A DNA stretch of 44,237 bases from a virus (Duplodnaviria; Caudoviricetes). The notes under the pieces were generated by a model that saw only the letters and a program-made list of their open reading frames with translations, did not search any database and was not told the DNA's origin. Of this stretch, positions 28,426 through 36,581 are shown one piece after another. The stretch covers positions 1 to 44,237 of the IMG/VR virus record IMGVR_UViG_3300035670_000421; one strand, 5' to 3'. A program made the translations under genes and the position numbers. How positions within the stretch are numbered: position 1 is the stretch's first letter; each line of letters begins with the position of its first letter.

Positions 28426-29001
28426 ATGAAAGAAAGACCAATACTTTTTTCAGCGCCAATGGTTCGCGCCATTCGTGAAGGCCGCAAGACGATGACGCGC
28501 AGGGTTGTAAAGGGACGCGCTCTCGACTGGCTGGATGAGGTTGGCTTCACTCCTGATTTTGTGGCGAGTAAAGACAATGCCATGTGCCCCTACGGCAAGC
28601 CCGGCGACAGGCTGTGGGTGCGGGAGACTTGGCAAGGCCCTCTTTACGACGAACCACTCACCGATGAAGACGACATCTACACGCCGGCGTTTTGCGTGTA
28701 CAAGGCAGATGGGGTGCCAAAGCCTGAGTTCATTAACTCTGATGATGAAATGGTTTGCCGGTGGCGCCCATCCATCCACATGCCTCGCTGGGCATCGCGC
28801 ATTACGCTGGAAATTGTGAGCGTGCGCGTGGAGAGGCTGCGCGACATAAGCATGGACGATGTGTTTGCCGAGGGCTGCATGCTCTCCACCAGCAAGGACG
28901 AACCCCGCGACTTCCAGAACCTTTGGGAATCCATCAGCGGCGCTGGCTCGTGGGCGGCGAATCCGTGGGTGTGGGTTGTGGAATTCAAAAGAGCTGATTG
29001 A
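28426..29001 (+). CDS. ASCH/PUA-like phage protein
   Basis: ERPILFSAPMVRAIREGRKTMTRR, CPYGKPGDRLWVRETW, WRPSIHMPRWASRI, NPWVWVVEF. Confidence 0.75.
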   Translation: MKERPILFSAPMVRAIREGRKTMTRRVVKGRALDWLDEVGFTPDFVASKDNAMCPYGKPGDRLWVRETWQGPLYDEPLTDEDDIYTPAFCVYKADGVPKPEFINSDDEMVCRWRPSIHMPRWASRITLEIVSVRVERLRDISMDDVFAEGCMLSTSKDEPRDFQNLWESISGAGSWAANPWVWVVEFKRAD

Positions 29002-29003
29002 TT

Positions 29004-30587
29004 ATGGACTTACGCTGGTACCAACGCGAAGCAGTAGACGCCATCTACTCATACTTCCAATTTAATGATGGCAACCCGCTGGTGAGCGCCGCCACCGGCT
29101 CAGGCAAGTCTGTGATGATTGGCGGGTTTATATCTGAAGTCATCCAGCAATGGCCGGATCAGCGCTTTGTGGTACTCGCGCACATCAAGGAATTGCTGGA
29201 GCAAAATGCCGACAAGCTTTACAGCATGAACCCATCCATTGATATGGGGTTTTATTCCGCCGGCCTTGGCCAGCGTGACCTGCACAACTCAGTTGTGTTC
29301 GCCGGCATCCAATCCATTTACAAGCGGGCCTTTGACCTTGGCCACGCGGACATCATCATTGTTGATGAATGCCATTTGATCAATGCCGAATCAGACGGCA
29401 TGTACAAACAATTCCTCACAAACATGAGGCTGGTAAATCCCCAGATGAAAGTCTGTGGGTTTACGGCCACGCCATACCGGATGAAAACCGGCTTGTTGAC
29501 TGAAGGCGAGAATGCCATCTTCAGCCAGGTGATCTACCAGACTGACATCCTGCGCCTCATGGATGAAAGTTATCTATCACGCCTTGTTACCCGCCCCGGC
29601 AATCGTGTCATTGATACCAGTGATTGCCGGATGCAGGGAGGCGAATTCAAGGAGGAAGATACCGACAAGGCCGCTCGCGCTGACGGCCTCATGCAGGCAG
29701 CCGTCAGCGAGATCATTGCCATCGGGCTGGAAGAGAATCGCCGCAGCTGGCTGATCTTCTGCCCATCCGTGGATTATGCCTATGAGGTTTGTGATCTGGT
29801 GCGCGAGCAAGGCATTGCCGCTGAAGCGATCAGCCACAAAACCAGTGATGCGGATCGCGCCCGACATCTTGCGGATTTCAAGGCAGGCAAGCTTCGCTGC
29901 TTGATCAACAAGGATGTATTGACCACAGGCATTGATGTTCCCGGCATTGACCTGATTGCCATGCTGCGCCCCACCCAATCGCCCGGCCTGTACAGCCAGA
30001 TCGTTGGCCGTGGCTTGCGGATTGCTCCCGGCAAAATCAACTGCCGGGTGTTGGATTACGCCGGCAACATCCTGAGACACGGCCCGATTGACAGCATCAA
30101 GGTTGGCAAGAAAGGACCGAAGAAACCGGGTGAGGCGCCCGTCAAAACTTGCGACCAGTGTGGCGAGTATGTCCATGCAAGCCTGCGCCAATGCCCGCAT
30201 TGCCTGTTCGCTTTCCCGGTTAATGAAGGCGCCAAGCACGAAGAGCGAGCCAGCGATGCCGCCATTACATCGGATCAGTTTGAGCCTGAAACCCATGAAG
30301 TCACCAGATGGGAATGGTATCGCCATAGCAAACCCGGCAAGCCTGATAGCGTCAGGGTTGAATACCTTTGCGGCATAACGATCTTCAAGCAATGGCTTTG
30401 CTTTGACCACACCGGCAGGCCGCGAGCCAATGCAGTACGGTATTTTAATTTCCTGACAGGCGAGAATTATGCCCCGCCATCTACTACCATAGCGCTTGAA
30501 TACTTCAATACCGAGCGCCCGCAACCACCCAAATCCATCACCATCAAACCAGGGAAATTCCCGGAGGTAATCAGTGTCACAACATGA
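29004..30587 (+). CDS. SF2 helicase (RadD/YejH-like) with Zn finger
   Basis: ATGSGKS, DECH, TATP, LTTGIDVP, QIVGRGLR, CDQC..CPHC. Confidence 0.92.
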   Translation: MDLRWYQREAVDAIYSYFQFNDGNPLVSAATGSGKSVMIGGFISEVIQQWPDQRFVVLAHIKELLEQNADKLYSMNPSIDMGFYSAGLGQRDLHNSVVFAGIQSIYKRAFDLGHADIIIVDECHLINAESDGMYKQFLTNMRLVNPQMKVCGFTATPYRMKTGLLTEGENAIFSQVIYQTDILRLMDESYLSRLVTRPGNRVIDTSDCRMQGGEFKEEDTDKAARADGLMQAAVSEIIAIGLEENRRSWLIFCPSVDYAYEVCDLVREQGIAAEAISHKTSDADRARHLADFKAGKLRCLINKDVLTTGIDVPGIDLIAMLRPTQSPGLYSQIVGRGLRIAPGKINCRVLDYAGNILRHGPIDSIKVGKKGPKKPGEAPVKTCDQCGEYVHASLRQCPHCLFAFPVNEGAKHEERASDAAITSDQFEPETHEVTRWEWYRHSKPGKPDSVRVEYLCGITIFKQWLCFDHTGRPRANAVRYFNFLTGENYAPPSTTIALEYFNTERPQPPKSITIKPGKFPEVISVTT

Positions 30588-30804
30588 AACCGAGTATGAG
30601 CTTGTCCATGCGCCAGATTTTGAACGCCTTATGCTGATGCGAATTGTCGGCATGGCAGACCAGATAAAGCGCCAGCATGGCATCAAGTGTTTTGAATGCG
30701 AGCATTACAATCTATCTGGCCATTGCCGCAAATGGGATTCCATCGTGCCGGTTGCAAACCGGGTTGATGGTTGTGATGAGTGGTCCGACTTTGTACCGTT
30801 TTGA
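30574..30804 (+). CDS. Small Cys-rich protein
   Basis: CFECEH..C..C, ends DFVPF; GGAGG RBS before GTG. Confidence 0.65.
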   Translation: MSQHETEYELVHAPDFERLMLMRIVGMADQIKRQHGIKCFECEHYNLSGHCRKWDSIVPVANRVDGCDEWSDFVPF

Positions 30805-30814
30805 GGGTTGATTT

Positions 30815-31201
30815 ATGAGTGAGCATACGAGAGAGCCGTTTTTTAACGGCACACTGGAAAGCGCAAAGGAAGTTTGGCCAGATCAGTATGATCCAATGAT
30901 TCACGGAAGCGCAGCCGCCAAACAGGGCGCAGCAGCAGACTTTGAAACAACGCAGCAACGCATCACCGAGCTTGAGCAAAAGCTTAAAGAGCGCGACAAG
31001 TGGGAGCTTGCTGATGAAATTACCTACTCTCGCAAGATAGCCGACCTAGAGCGCCAGCTTGCCGAGGCGAATAGCCGTAACAAGGATATGGTGGAGGCCT
31101 TGCGCCCATTTGCGCGAATGCACTGCAATGACGCTATTTGTGATTGCCATAATTGCACGGCGCATAGATTGATAGCCAAGCGTGAAGGGAGGGCGACATG
31201 A
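30815..31201 (+). CDS. Hypothetical coiled-coil protein
   Basis: GAGGG RBS, 128 aa, C-terminal CDCHNC. Confidence 0.65.
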   Translation: MSEHTREPFFNGTLESAKEVWPDQYDPMIHGSAAAKQGAAADFETTQQRITELEQKLKERDKWELADEITYSRKIADLERQLAEANSRNKDMVEALRPFARMHCNDAICDCHNCTAHRLIAKREGRAT

Positions 31202-31287
31202 GAGCATTTTTAGAGATCGCCCTTTGGGCTGTTTGGCTGCTCGGTGTAATTGGTTTTTTGAGCATTTTGGTGGAGGTGCCGTTATGA
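31198..31287 (+). CDS. 29-aa single-TM peptide
   Basis: MRAFLEIALWAVWLLGVIGFLSILVEVPL; ATGA overlaps at both ends. Confidence 0.6.
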   Translation: MRAFLEIALWAVWLLGVIGFLSILVEVPL

Positions 31288-31631
31288 GCGGGTACTGGCT
31301 TATTGAGCGCAATCAACTACACGGAGAACCTGTCGCAAGATGGTTTTCAAAGCGCGTACACGCTGCGGGCGGAAGTCGTGACCTGTGGGTACAGGATGTT
31401 TCTCGGGCGGAAAGATTTAAAACAAAAGAAGATGCGGAGGAATCAATCGCGCTCAGATTCTCAAATGACGACAGGTATCCGGTGCTGCCAATTGCTACAG
31501 ACCACATTGATGTCGTAATGCTGTACCAGTGCGAGAAATGCTTCTGCTTTTTTGGTGACGTTGAGAGCGCATTGAATTGCCACATAAGCGCTGCGATTTG
31601 TCACGACAACAAGTTGGAGGTTAAGGCATGA
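31284..31631 (+). CDS. Hypothetical protein with C-terminal Zn-finger-like motif
   Basis: ATG 31284 after GGAGG; YQCEKC..CH. Confidence 0.6.
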   Translation: MSGYWLIERNQLHGEPVARWFSKRVHAAGGSRDLWVQDVSRAERFKTKEDAEESIALRFSNDDRYPVLPIATDHIDVVMLYQCEKCFCFFGDVESALNCHISAAICHDNKLEVKA

Positions 31632-32017
31632 GCAAGAATAGAGCGGAGCGCGAAGAAAGGCGTCGAGCCAAATACATCCACGCATTAGACAGATTTATCG
31701 AGTTTTTCTCTTGTTTGCGCGAAGCAGAAACGCGCATCACCGAGCTTGAGCTTGAATTAAAACGCTCCGATGAGGCCGCGATAACACTACATGAAATCAT
31801 AAACAAAAGGCGAAGCAGGATAGATAGGCTTGAGCGCGAGGCCGAAATGTTCAAAGCTGGATTACAGGCTGCGGATGACAAGCTGATTGAATTGCAAGCG
31901 CAATTGCAAGCCAGCCAGCAGCGGGAGGGGGAGTTGCGGGATGCAATGTCATCATCGTTAAATGTTCATTGTTCAAAGCTTTGCGTTGATGCCATACATG
32001 GGCGGGAGGGTGTATGA
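31628..32017 (+). CDS. Hypothetical coiled-coil protein
   Basis: ATGA coupling, GGAGG RBS, 129 aa. Confidence 0.65.
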   Translation: MSKNRAEREERRRAKYIHALDRFIEFFSCLREAETRITELELELKRSDEAAITLHEIINKRRSRIDRLEREAEMFKAGLQAADDKLIELQAQLQASQQREGELRDAMSSSLNVHCSKLCVDAIHGREGV

Positions 32018-32178
32018 GCAAGCAAGGCTTATTTTTTGGCTCTATTTGGCTTTTTATAATTGCAGCATTCTGTAAACATAACGGGTTAACAGATGCCGCG
32101 ATTGTATTTGCTACCGTGTCTTTACAATCAAGCCTGATTGCGGCGGCAATAAATCAAGGGCGGGAGGGTGGGAAATGA
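32014..32178 (+). CDS. 54-aa AT-rich hydrophobic (1-2 TM) protein
   Basis: MSKQGLFFGSIWLFIIAAFC..; ATGA overlaps at both ends; bounded by 13-bp direct repeats. Confidence 0.6.
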   Translation: MSKQGLFFGSIWLFIIAAFCKHNGLTDAAIVFATVSLQSSLIAAAINQGREGGK

Positions 32179-32384
32179 AATGCCCCAAATGCAACTGCCC
32201 ATCCAGGGTAATTGATTCGCGCATTCAGGCAGACTGGATTCGCCGCCGCAGAAGATGCAGCCAGAAGGCATGCAACTTCAGGTTCACCACCAAGGAGATT
32301 ATTGACGGCCTGAAGGATCGCCCCATTGATATGCAATTCGGCAGGGCCGCCAAAACTTCAGGCTTCCAGCCGGCGCATCACTAG
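32175..32384 (+). CDS. NrdR-N-like zinc ribbon protein
   Basis: MKCPKC..SRVIDSR..IRRRRRC..CNFRFTT; no ATP-cone. Confidence 0.8.
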   Translation: MKCPKCNCPSRVIDSRIQADWIRRRRRCSQKACNFRFTTKEIIDGLKDRPIDMQFGRAAKTSGFQPAHH

Positions 32385-32399
32385 TTTATATATTGTCAA
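32385..32399. promoter_or_regulatory. Operator-like site upstream of the repressor
   Basis: TTTAT-ATATT-GTCAA (one mismatch to consensus). Confidence 0.55.
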
Positions 32400-32426
32400 C
32401 ACGACCACCCAAGGAAGGGGAAACGA

Positions 32427-32999
32427 GTGGCGATTGATGGCGAATGGATGCGCCAGCAGCTGAAGGAAAAGGGAAAGAGCCAGGCTGATCTGGCCCGCTT
32501 CCTGAAGGTGGAGCCGGCCATCATCACACGCATCCTGCAGGGCAGGCGCCGGCTTCAGCTGGATGACTGCCGGCAGATCGCCCGCTTCCTTGGGATGCCG
32601 GTTGATGATGTCCTTCGCCATGCCGGCATGAAGCTCAGGCAGGTGACGGCATCCGGCAAGGCGATGGTGCCGATCATCGGCAGGGCTGATGCCAATGGGC
32701 AAGTCAGGCTTTTGTCTGGCGATGCAACCACCAGCATGGATCTGCCGGGTGATGCCGTGGCGATCAGGCTGGATGAGCCCGAAGGCTGGACGGCATTTGC
32801 CACTAGTGATCGCAGCCCGCCCGATATGATGATCCGCCGGATGGTGATGGCTGCCGCCGAGGATGGTGGATGGTGGATAGGTGAACTCAGGCGAGGCCAC
32901 GAGCCCGGCCTGTTCGACCTGAAGCCACTGGCAGGCCGGATGATTGAAGGCCTTGCCATTGCCTATTGCCAGGCAATCGTATGGATTAGACCCGCCTAA
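32427..32999 (+). CDS. XRE-family CI-like repressor with degenerate S24-like C-terminal domain
   Basis: HTH KSQADLARFLKVEPAIITRILQGRRRL; VPIIG linker; no GDSM-type catalytic Ser motif. Confidence 0.78.
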   Translation: MAIDGEWMRQQLKEKGKSQADLARFLKVEPAIITRILQGRRRLQLDDCRQIARFLGMPVDDVLRHAGMKLRQVTASGKAMVPIIGRADANGQVRLLSGDATTSMDLPGDAVAIRLDEPEGWTAFATSDRSPPDMMIRRMVMAAAEDGGWWIGELRRGHEPGLFDLKPLAGRMIEGLAIAYCQAIVWIRPA

Positions 33000-33026
33000 A
33001 TAAGCATACCGGCAAGTCATTCCTTA

Positions 33027-33060
33027 TTGCTTTTTGGTTAATGAGTTGATATTTTGTCAA
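33027..33060 (+). promoter_or_regulatory. Promoter of the MTase-xis operon with operator (33046-33060)
   Basis: TTGCTT-17-TATTTT with TG extension; TTGAT-ATTTT-GTCAA. Confidence 0.6.
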
Positions 33061-33084
33061 TGAGTGGTAGCGAGGTAATAGCGC

Positions 33085-34047
33085 TTGAACATTATAGAGT
33101 TTGGCGATTGCAGGGAAACCATGCGCCGATGGGCAGCCGAAGGCGTGAAGGCGAAGATGTGCGTCACCAGCCCGCCCTACTTTGGCTTACGTGATTACGG
33201 GCACCCATGCCAGATCGGGCTGGAGCAAACGCCGGAGGAATACATTGCCGCGATGGTCGAGGTGTTCCGCTGCGTGCGTGATGTGCTGGCCGATGACGGG
33301 ACGCTGTGGCTGAACATCGGAGATAGCTATGCGAGCGGCGGGAGAAAGACACGCGACCCAGGCCAATCAAAAATACACGCGGCTTTTGAAGGCGACGCTT
33401 TCAAGAACGGGAAACTCCGGCCGAAAGACCCCGAAGGAATCAAGCCAAAAGACCTGATCGGCATTCCATGGATGCTGGCCTTCGCCCTTCGCGCCGATGG
33501 TTGGTATCTGCGGCAGGACATTATCTGGCACAAGCCGAACCCGATGCCTGAGAGCGTGCGCGACCGCTGCACCAAGGCGCATGAGTACATCTTCCTGTTG
33601 TCTAAGTCGGAGCGGTACTACTTCGACAGCGAAGCGATTGCCGAGCCGCTGGCATCGGCCAGCATTGCCAGGTTGTCACAGCCAAGACTGGCCCGACAGG
33701 AAGGCAGCGCCAGAGTGCCCGGAAAGACGAACGGGAACATGAAGGCGGTTGGCAGAGGCGACACGCGCAATAAGCGCAGCGTCTGGACGATCACAACCAA
33801 GCCATACAAGGGCGCTCACTTCGCCACCTTCCCGCCCGACCTGATCGCGCCGTGCATCCAGGCAGGATCTCGAGGAAACGATATCGTCCTTGATCCCTTC
33901 ATGGGCAGCGGAACAACGGCGGCCACCGCGCTATCCCTGGGCAGGCGGTACCTCGGGTGCGAGCTAAATACGGAATATGCAGGACTTCAATCAGAAAGAC
34001 TAGATAAGCAGATAAAGCTGGATAGTCAGCTTTGCCTGATAAATTGA
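33085..34047 (+). CDS. Orphan DNA methyltransferase (N4-C/N6-A, beta class)
   Basis: TSPPY motif IV precedes DPFMGSGTT motif I; HFATFP. Confidence 0.92.
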   Translation: MNIIEFGDCRETMRRWAAEGVKAKMCVTSPPYFGLRDYGHPCQIGLEQTPEEYIAAMVEVFRCVRDVLADDGTLWLNIGDSYASGGRKTRDPGQSKIHAAFEGDAFKNGKLRPKDPEGIKPKDLIGIPWMLAFALRADGWYLRQDIIWHKPNPMPESVRDRCTKAHEYIFLLSKSERYYFDSEAIAEPLASASIARLSQPRLARQEGSARVPGKTNGNMKAVGRGDTRNKRSVWTITTKPYKGAHFATFPPDLIAPCIQAGSRGNDIVLDPFMGSGTTAATALSLGRRYLGCELNTEYAGLQSERLDKQIKLDSQLCLIN

Positions 34048-34057
34048 GGAAATATCA

Positions 34058-34276
34058 ATGACAACTCACCTGACCTCATCCCAACTGGCCAAGCGCTGGG
34101 GCATGTCCAGCCAGACCTTGAGCAATTGGAGAAACGAAGGGAAAGGCCCCCGCTATCGCAAGATGGGAGGCCTGAAATCCCGCGTCATCTACCCGCTGGA
34201 GTATGTCGAGGCATGGGAGAAAGAGCATGAGTATGCCAGCACCAGCCACGAAGCTGAGGCCACTGGAAAGAAGTGA
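34058..34276 (+). CDS. xis: Excisionase-like winged-HTH protein
   Basis: LTSSQLAKRWGMSSQTLSNWRNEGKGPRY..RVIY; near attP. Confidence 0.72.
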   Translation: MTTHLTSSQLAKRWGMSSQTLSNWRNEGKGPRYRKMGGLKSRVIYPLEYVEAWEKEHEYASTSHEAEATGKK

Positions 34277-34511
34277 AAGGCCGGCAGTCTGCAGGCCGCT
34301 TTATCTTGCCATGCTCAAGAGCCCAGGAGGCCGATGGCAAGTCGGCCCAGTCAGTCATGATGTCGATGAGCTGAAGCGAAAGCTGGCCGACTTCATTGGC
34401 ATCGACCAGCTGGCCATCTATGAGCTTTCGGGATTGCCTTGCTGAATCGAATAGAAAATCCCTTCGGTTTTTGGTACGGGATGGAACCCGCAAACAACAA
34501 ACAAGGGAATC

Positions 34512-34868
34512 ATGCCGCCAATCATTGGGTACATGACAGGCCCTACCGGACAGGTAGACCTGTCAAACTGGAAGGCCATCGTAAGAGCCATAACCATAGA
34601 CCCATCCAACCTGGTTGCGATCAGCAACCTGTATGACTGGTGCAGCAGCCAAAGCCTTGTGTTCTTTTCCCCAGACCAGAAGCTTCCTCCCGAAGTATCC
34701 AAAAGGCGATCCGTGAATTTCCTTGAGGATGGCCGGGTGATGATCGGCAGGCCTATCCCGAACCCGTCAGGCGGGTTTGATATTGTCTACTGCAAGCGAG
34801 CCATCGCCGCCCGCAATGTCGCCATATCCCACAGCAGCCCGCTGGTGATGACCCTCTTCCAGCCGTGA
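34512..34868 (+). CDS. Hypothetical protein adjacent to attP
   Basis: AAGGGA RBS, 118 aa. Confidence 0.6.
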   Translation: MPPIIGYMTGPTGQVDLSNWKAIVRAITIDPSNLVAISNLYDWCSSQSLVFFSPDQKLPPEVSKRRSVNFLEDGRVMIGRPIPNPSGGFDIVYCKRAIAARNVAISHSSPLVMTLFQP

Positions 34869-34930
34869 CCAGTATGTGACCAGCGAATTCCAGCGCCCGC
34901 CAGTGAAGTCAGCCAAGCTATTGATTTCAC

Positions 34931-34982
34931 TGGTGGGCGCAGCAGGACTCGAACCTGCGACCCGCTGATTAAGAGTCAGCTG
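34931..34982 (-). tRNA. 3' part of tRNA-Lys(CTT) forming the attP core; not a full tRNA
   Basis: GCTGA-CTCTTAA-TCAGC anticodon arm, GGTTCGAGTCC T arm, ends GCGCCCACCA; D arm and 5' acceptor strand absent. Confidence 0.88.
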
Positions 34983-35031
34983 TTCCGTGCATACCGGCAA
35001 ATACCGATTATCAACTAAGTGTATAAAGTTG

Positions 35032-35060
35032 TTGCATTATCAGCATCCGGGTGGTACCTT
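35032..35060 (+). promoter_or_regulatory. Putative promoter of the cargo-int operon
   Basis: TTGCAT-17-TACCTT with TG extension; no 15-bp operator seen. Confidence 0.5.
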
Positions 35061-35190
35061 TTTCCCCCATCACATACCGGCTCCCTGTGACCAGTGTGTG
35101 ACCAGTGTGGTGAATGTGGGCTATCCACGGCATAGTCGGGCTAGGCACCGGCCACCACGCTGAACATTAACCGTTTGAGGATTTTGTTTT

Positions 35191-35364
35191 ATGAAAGTGA
35201 TTATCAATGTGCCAGTCGTTGTTGATTGTGACATCCGATCTGTGCCGCAAAGTGAAGAATCAGTTTTCAATGTCGATCATACCGACTTCGCTGAACTGAC
35301 CAACATCCAGATGCCAGCCAAGCTTACGATTGCTGCATCCAACATCACCATCGTTGGGGAGTAA
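35191..35364 (+). CDS. Hypothetical 57-aa protein
   Basis: GAGGA RBS; [15 protein letters not shown]..; ends 5 nt before the cold-shock gene. Confidence 0.6.
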   Translation: MKVIINVPVVVDCDIRSVPQSEESVFNVDHTDFAELTNIQMPAKLTIAASNITIVGE

Positions 35365-35369
35365 TCATC

Positions 35370-35576
35370 ATGGCAGTTGAAGGCGTAGTTAAGTTTTTCA
35401 ATGACGAGAAGGGTTTTGGTTTTATCGTGCCAGATGATGGCGGCCCTGATGTTTTCGTCCACCACACCGGCATCCAGATGGATGGCCGCCGCACCCTCAC
35501 CGATGGCCAGCGCGTCAAGTTTGATCGCGAGTCCGGCAATCGTGGGCCGCAAGCCAAGAGTGTTATCCCGCTTTAA
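35370..35576 (+). CDS. csp: Cold-shock protein (CspA family)
   Basis: RNP1 KGFGFI, RNP2 VFVHH, GPQA; 68 aa. Confidence 0.95.
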   Translation: MAVEGVVKFFNDEKGFGFIVPDDGGPDVFVHHTGIQMDGRRTLTDGQRVKFDRESGNRGPQAKSVIPL

Positions 35577-35594
35577 CTGAATTGGAGTACCGCA

Positions 35595-35927
35595 ATGAAC
35601 GATGTTACCACACCAAAAATGACGCCAGAAATGGCGCAGATCGAAACCCTCACCAACAAACTCGCGCAAGCCTACAATGCTGTGCGCAAGCTGAGTGAGT
35701 CCAATGACCAGCTCACACAAGGCCTGCACACCGGCTTTGCGATGGCGGCCATGCAGGGCGCGCTGTCAAACAGCGAGGGCGCCACGAGCAAAGAAAGTAT
35801 TGCCTCTTTCTCATTCGACATGGCAGACGCCATGATGGCAGAGTTTGCCAAGCGCAATGCCCCGCCTCAAGAAACCGCCGAAACGATCCAGGCAGCACAG
35901 GATTTCATCAAGCCTGAAGAGCATTAA
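35595..35927 (+). CDS. Hypothetical phage protein
   Basis: FAMAAMQG..MADAMMAE pattern typical of small phage proteins; GGAG RBS. Confidence 0.65.
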   Translation: MNDVTTPKMTPEMAQIETLTNKLAQAYNAVRKLSESNDQLTQGLHTGFAMAAMQGALSNSEGATSKESIASFSFDMADAMMAEFAKRNAPPQETAETIQAAQDFIKPEEH

Positions 35928-35930
35928 GCC

Positions 35931-36581
35931 GTGCGCGTTGCCATCGTAATCCCGTCAGGGGATATGGTTCATGCCGACTTTGCAATGTGCCTCACGAGGT
36001 TGGTGGCTGTTTCTCGCATGAAAAACGAGATAGCCATCATCAATGCCAAATCAAGCATGGTGCAAAGGGGCAGATGGTCCGGCGTCAAGCAGGCGCTTTC
36101 AATCAATGCCGACAAGATCCTGTTCATCGACAGTGACCAAACCTTCCCAGCAGATGGATTGATTCGACTGCTTAATCATTGCCTGCCAATTGTTGGCGCC
36201 ACCTGCCTAACCCGCAGGCCGCCACATGAATTCACGGCAAGGGGATTCGATGGCCGGCGCATGGACTTCACCAAAAAGCAGGGGCTGTTTGAGGTTGCCA
36301 GCAATGGTATGCCCTTCTGCCTGATTGATGCCGCCGTATTCAAAAGCCTCCCGGAGCCCTGGTTCAATGCCGAGTTTGATGGCATTGCCTGGGTATCGGA
36401 AGATGAATACTTTTGTGCTGAGGCCAGAAAAGCCGGATTCAAAATATGGGTTGATGCCGATCTATCAAAGCAAGTCGGCCACCTTGGAGTGAAGGAGTTT
36501 GTCTGTGAACCAGAGTACAATTCAGAAGGCTATGCCGGGCAGCGTGCTGAAGGACAACCAGGTAAAGGGCCTTCAGCTTAG
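35931..36581 (+). CDS. GT-A fold glycosyltransferase (GT2-like)
   Basis: VAIVIPS, ILFIDSD (DxD), SEDEYFC, GFKIWVD..VGH. Confidence 0.85.
   Translation: MRVAIVIPSGDMVHADFAMCLTRLVAVSRMKNEIAIINAKSSMVQRGRWSGVKQALSINADKILFIDSDQTFPADGLIRLLNHCLPIVGATCLTRRPPHEFTARGFDGRRMDFTKKQGLFEVASNGMPFCLIDAAVFKSLPEPWFNAEFDGIAWVSEDEYFCAEARKAGFKIWVDADLSKQVGHLGVKEFVCEPEYNSEGYAGQRAEGQPGKGPSA

Larger units (their letters stand above)
34865..35109. other. attP: core with paired arm-type sites and an IHF site
   Basis: GTGACCAG twice at 34865-34883 and twice at 35086-35109; exact IHF consensus at 34914-34926 (minus); tRNA-derived core between them. Confidence 0.85.

Noticed and set aside
29577-30686. 369-aa antisense ORF and similar long antisense ORFs (889..1614, 3478..4224, 32358..33020, 39012..39740)
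   Set aside because: Shadows of strong genes on the opposite strand, with no recognisable motifs
33085-34047. Restriction-modification system
   Set aside because: No adjacent endonuclease; orphan MTases are common in temperate phages
34203-34445. Small ORF between xis and 34512
   Set aside because: Two competing frames (GTG 34273 versus ATG 34311) and no decisive evidence for either
34931-34982. Functional phage tRNA-Lys gene
   Set aside because: D arm and 5' acceptor strand are missing; flanking arm-type sites identify it as the attP core
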